DNA from: Penicillus capitatus
Taxonomy: Eukaryota > Plantae > Chlorophyta
DNA length: 64,000 nucleotides
Direction of reading: 5' to 3'
NCBI GenBank assembly: GCA_965649825.1
Contig: OZ287696.1
Location: forward strand, 911,101-975,100
Shown: piece after piece, positions 62,140 through 64,000 of the stretch
How the letters are laid out: the number at the start of each line of letters is the position of its first letter
Position numbering within the stretch: the first letter of the stretch is position 1
Translations under genes and position numbers: made by a program
The notes under the pieces: model-generated
Databases searched by the model: none
What the model was told of the DNA's origin: nothing
What the model saw: the letters and a program-made list of their open reading frames with translations, nothing else

Positions 62140-62371
62140 AACGGAGACAGTGTTCACTCGGTGTCCAAGTGCCAAACAAATGATGCATGAATACTGTTCA
62201 ACGTATCTCTATGCGGTGCTGCCGGCGTTGGGCGGATTCATCGGTTTAGCGACCGAAGGCTGGAATGGCTCGCTCGGAGGCGGTGTCGGTTCTGGCGCCG
62301 TGCACAATCTTCCTGCGCACATCAGTCTGCTCTCATACCGTGCCGGGGAGCAGTGGAAGACAGGAACAGTC
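62140..62371 (+). pseudogene. Truncated TMEM14/FAX copy, forming the 5' half of a 154-codon chimeric ORF
   Basis: [38 protein letters not shown]...WKTGT versus [38 protein letters not shown]...WKTGT; homology stops at about 62371. Confidence 0.88.
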
Positions 62372-64000
62372 GGCAGAGGAATCGACACCAGCCACGCCAT
62401 CGGCAGGTCTTGCACGACATGCTCACCGCGATCGATCTATCCCAGGTGCCGTCGACGAGCGAGACGAACGCTCCCGCTCCGAGTGCGCCTGAGCCGACAG
62501 GTAAGGTTTGGTACAAGGAGTACGCTCGTGTCCCATCTGCATCCGTTCCGCAGAGCTGTGCCGCAATGGAAAGAGAACGGACTGGAAGTTATAATGGCGC
62601 CGTCGTTTGCATAAGGCGTGTACGCGTCGACACGCCACCGGGTATAAAGTAGATGAATGACCAGTCTCGGCGTTCACACACACCGAGGCAACGGAATGCG
62701 CAACAGCTCCCCTTTCGTGCATCTCTTTCGTCGCGACATTACGCAGATGGTCTTTTATCGAGATGCGCAACATCAGAGGCAGGCAGAAAACGCTCTTTGC
62801 GATCTACCACAGATCCGCCTGACTGTAGCAGGCGTTTCCACAGGAGTAAGGGCAATTCGCGTGCCAGTTTCGCGTCGGACAAATCTAAGTCTGTATCAGC
62901 ATGACAAAGACCATAGAGAAACGCTACAAAGCAGACAGGCTGGCACTTGTAGAAATGTCGATTCTGACGTCGAATGGGATGCCGCACACGTTTCGCATTC
63001 TTCCCGCGCACAAGCGACTGTCCAACACATCTCGACTTGTAACACAGTGTTCGATGAAATCCTGATGCCAGCGGTGTCAATCGGTCCGCTCCCAAGCACG
63101 CCGCCAACCAGGACCTCAGAACCGCTAGAGCACTACTGCACAGATAAACGAATAAACGAATACGGCGACTCCACCTTGCGTCTCTTGCAGATCTCTAACC
63201 AGTTCGGCGGGACACTACTTCCCCGCGTTTAATTCGCCGCTGAAGCGCGACGAGCTCGAAATTGAGAAACGATGCTGCAGTATGGACTGACTGGAACGTG
63301 GTTTCTTCGCGATCACCACCTCTAGGCCTTTCGCTGCGTTTCTATCCTGTCGCCTTCCCCGCAGCACGAGCTCCAAACGCTCGGGATATCTGCCCATCTT
63401 TCCTCTGTCGTTTGGATGGTGGCTTGGAAGTCATCGTCTCCATCTTATGCGACAAAGCGGTGCCAGGATAGATAACGAGGCCGTTGCGCAGCGACACTCT
63501 AAGCCGACCATCGGCACGCCGCCGCAGGACCGATCCGTTGCTAGACAACTTCCGTTCGGTCCGCTCTCCGCAGCATGCACCTCCAGAGTCGTCTGCGGTG
63601 CTGCAGAGGACATCTCAACGCGACACAGGGAGCTGCCGGACAGACTACTAGCCGCTCAAGAGCATGAAACGGTAACACCGCGGTCTGAGGACAAGTTCGG
63701 CCATATCTGAATCTCCCGGGAACGCAAACCCAAATCCGTCTTCACCTCATGGCGGTCTATAGAAGAGAGGCCGTCTTCTTCGTGTGTCTGTGCCGCTTTC
63801 AGCGTGTCGACAAACATCACATGGCGGCGGCAACGCACAGGGCCGAGTGCCAGACGCGAGGCGAGGCGGAGATCAAGTCGAGATTGAAGCTCTCACATAT
63901 CGCCCAGCTCTACACGCGTATCACACTGCCAGTAGACCTGCCGCAAGATATGCGAGGTCGGCATTTGCTTCCAGTAGGAACCCAGGATCAATGTGGACGG

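Larger units (their letters stand above)
53503..62371 (+). repeat. Cassette copy 2 of the dispersed duplication
   Basis: Begins about 110 nt after the GAPN stop with the same left end as 20511; same module order as copy 1. Confidence 0.95.

Overview
Gene-dense eukaryotic nuclear DNA, standard genetic code, with short GT-AG introns of about 40-60 nt and TGTAA poly(A)-type signals just downstream of several stops. The gene set (plastid ClpS, GAPN, AOX, FAX/TMEM14, LSMT-like SET protein) points to a compact-genome green alga (inference). About 24 host genes can be called, including an 11.5-kb TRRAP/Tra1. The unusual part is a 9-10 kb cassette present twice in the same orientation, about 33 kb apart (20511-29700 and 53503-62371). 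Each copy has a TATA-driven, spliced orphan gene encoding a Pro-rich protein with repeated IPxRxFxLS motifs. A 32:15 excess of synonymous over nonsynonymous codon differences between the copies supports that it is coding. Downstream of this gene each copy has a 1.7-2.7 kb tandem array of about 38-nt GC stem-loops with conserved stems and interchangeable loops. The cassette also carries two housekeeping passengers (RSL1D1, TMEM14), intact in copy 1 and decayed in copy 2. Copy 1 sits between two copies of a 455-bp duplication of the convergent ClpS/NIPA 3' ends. No transposase, reverse transcriptase, tRNA, rRNA or CRISPR array was recognised. All alignments and identities were done by eye.
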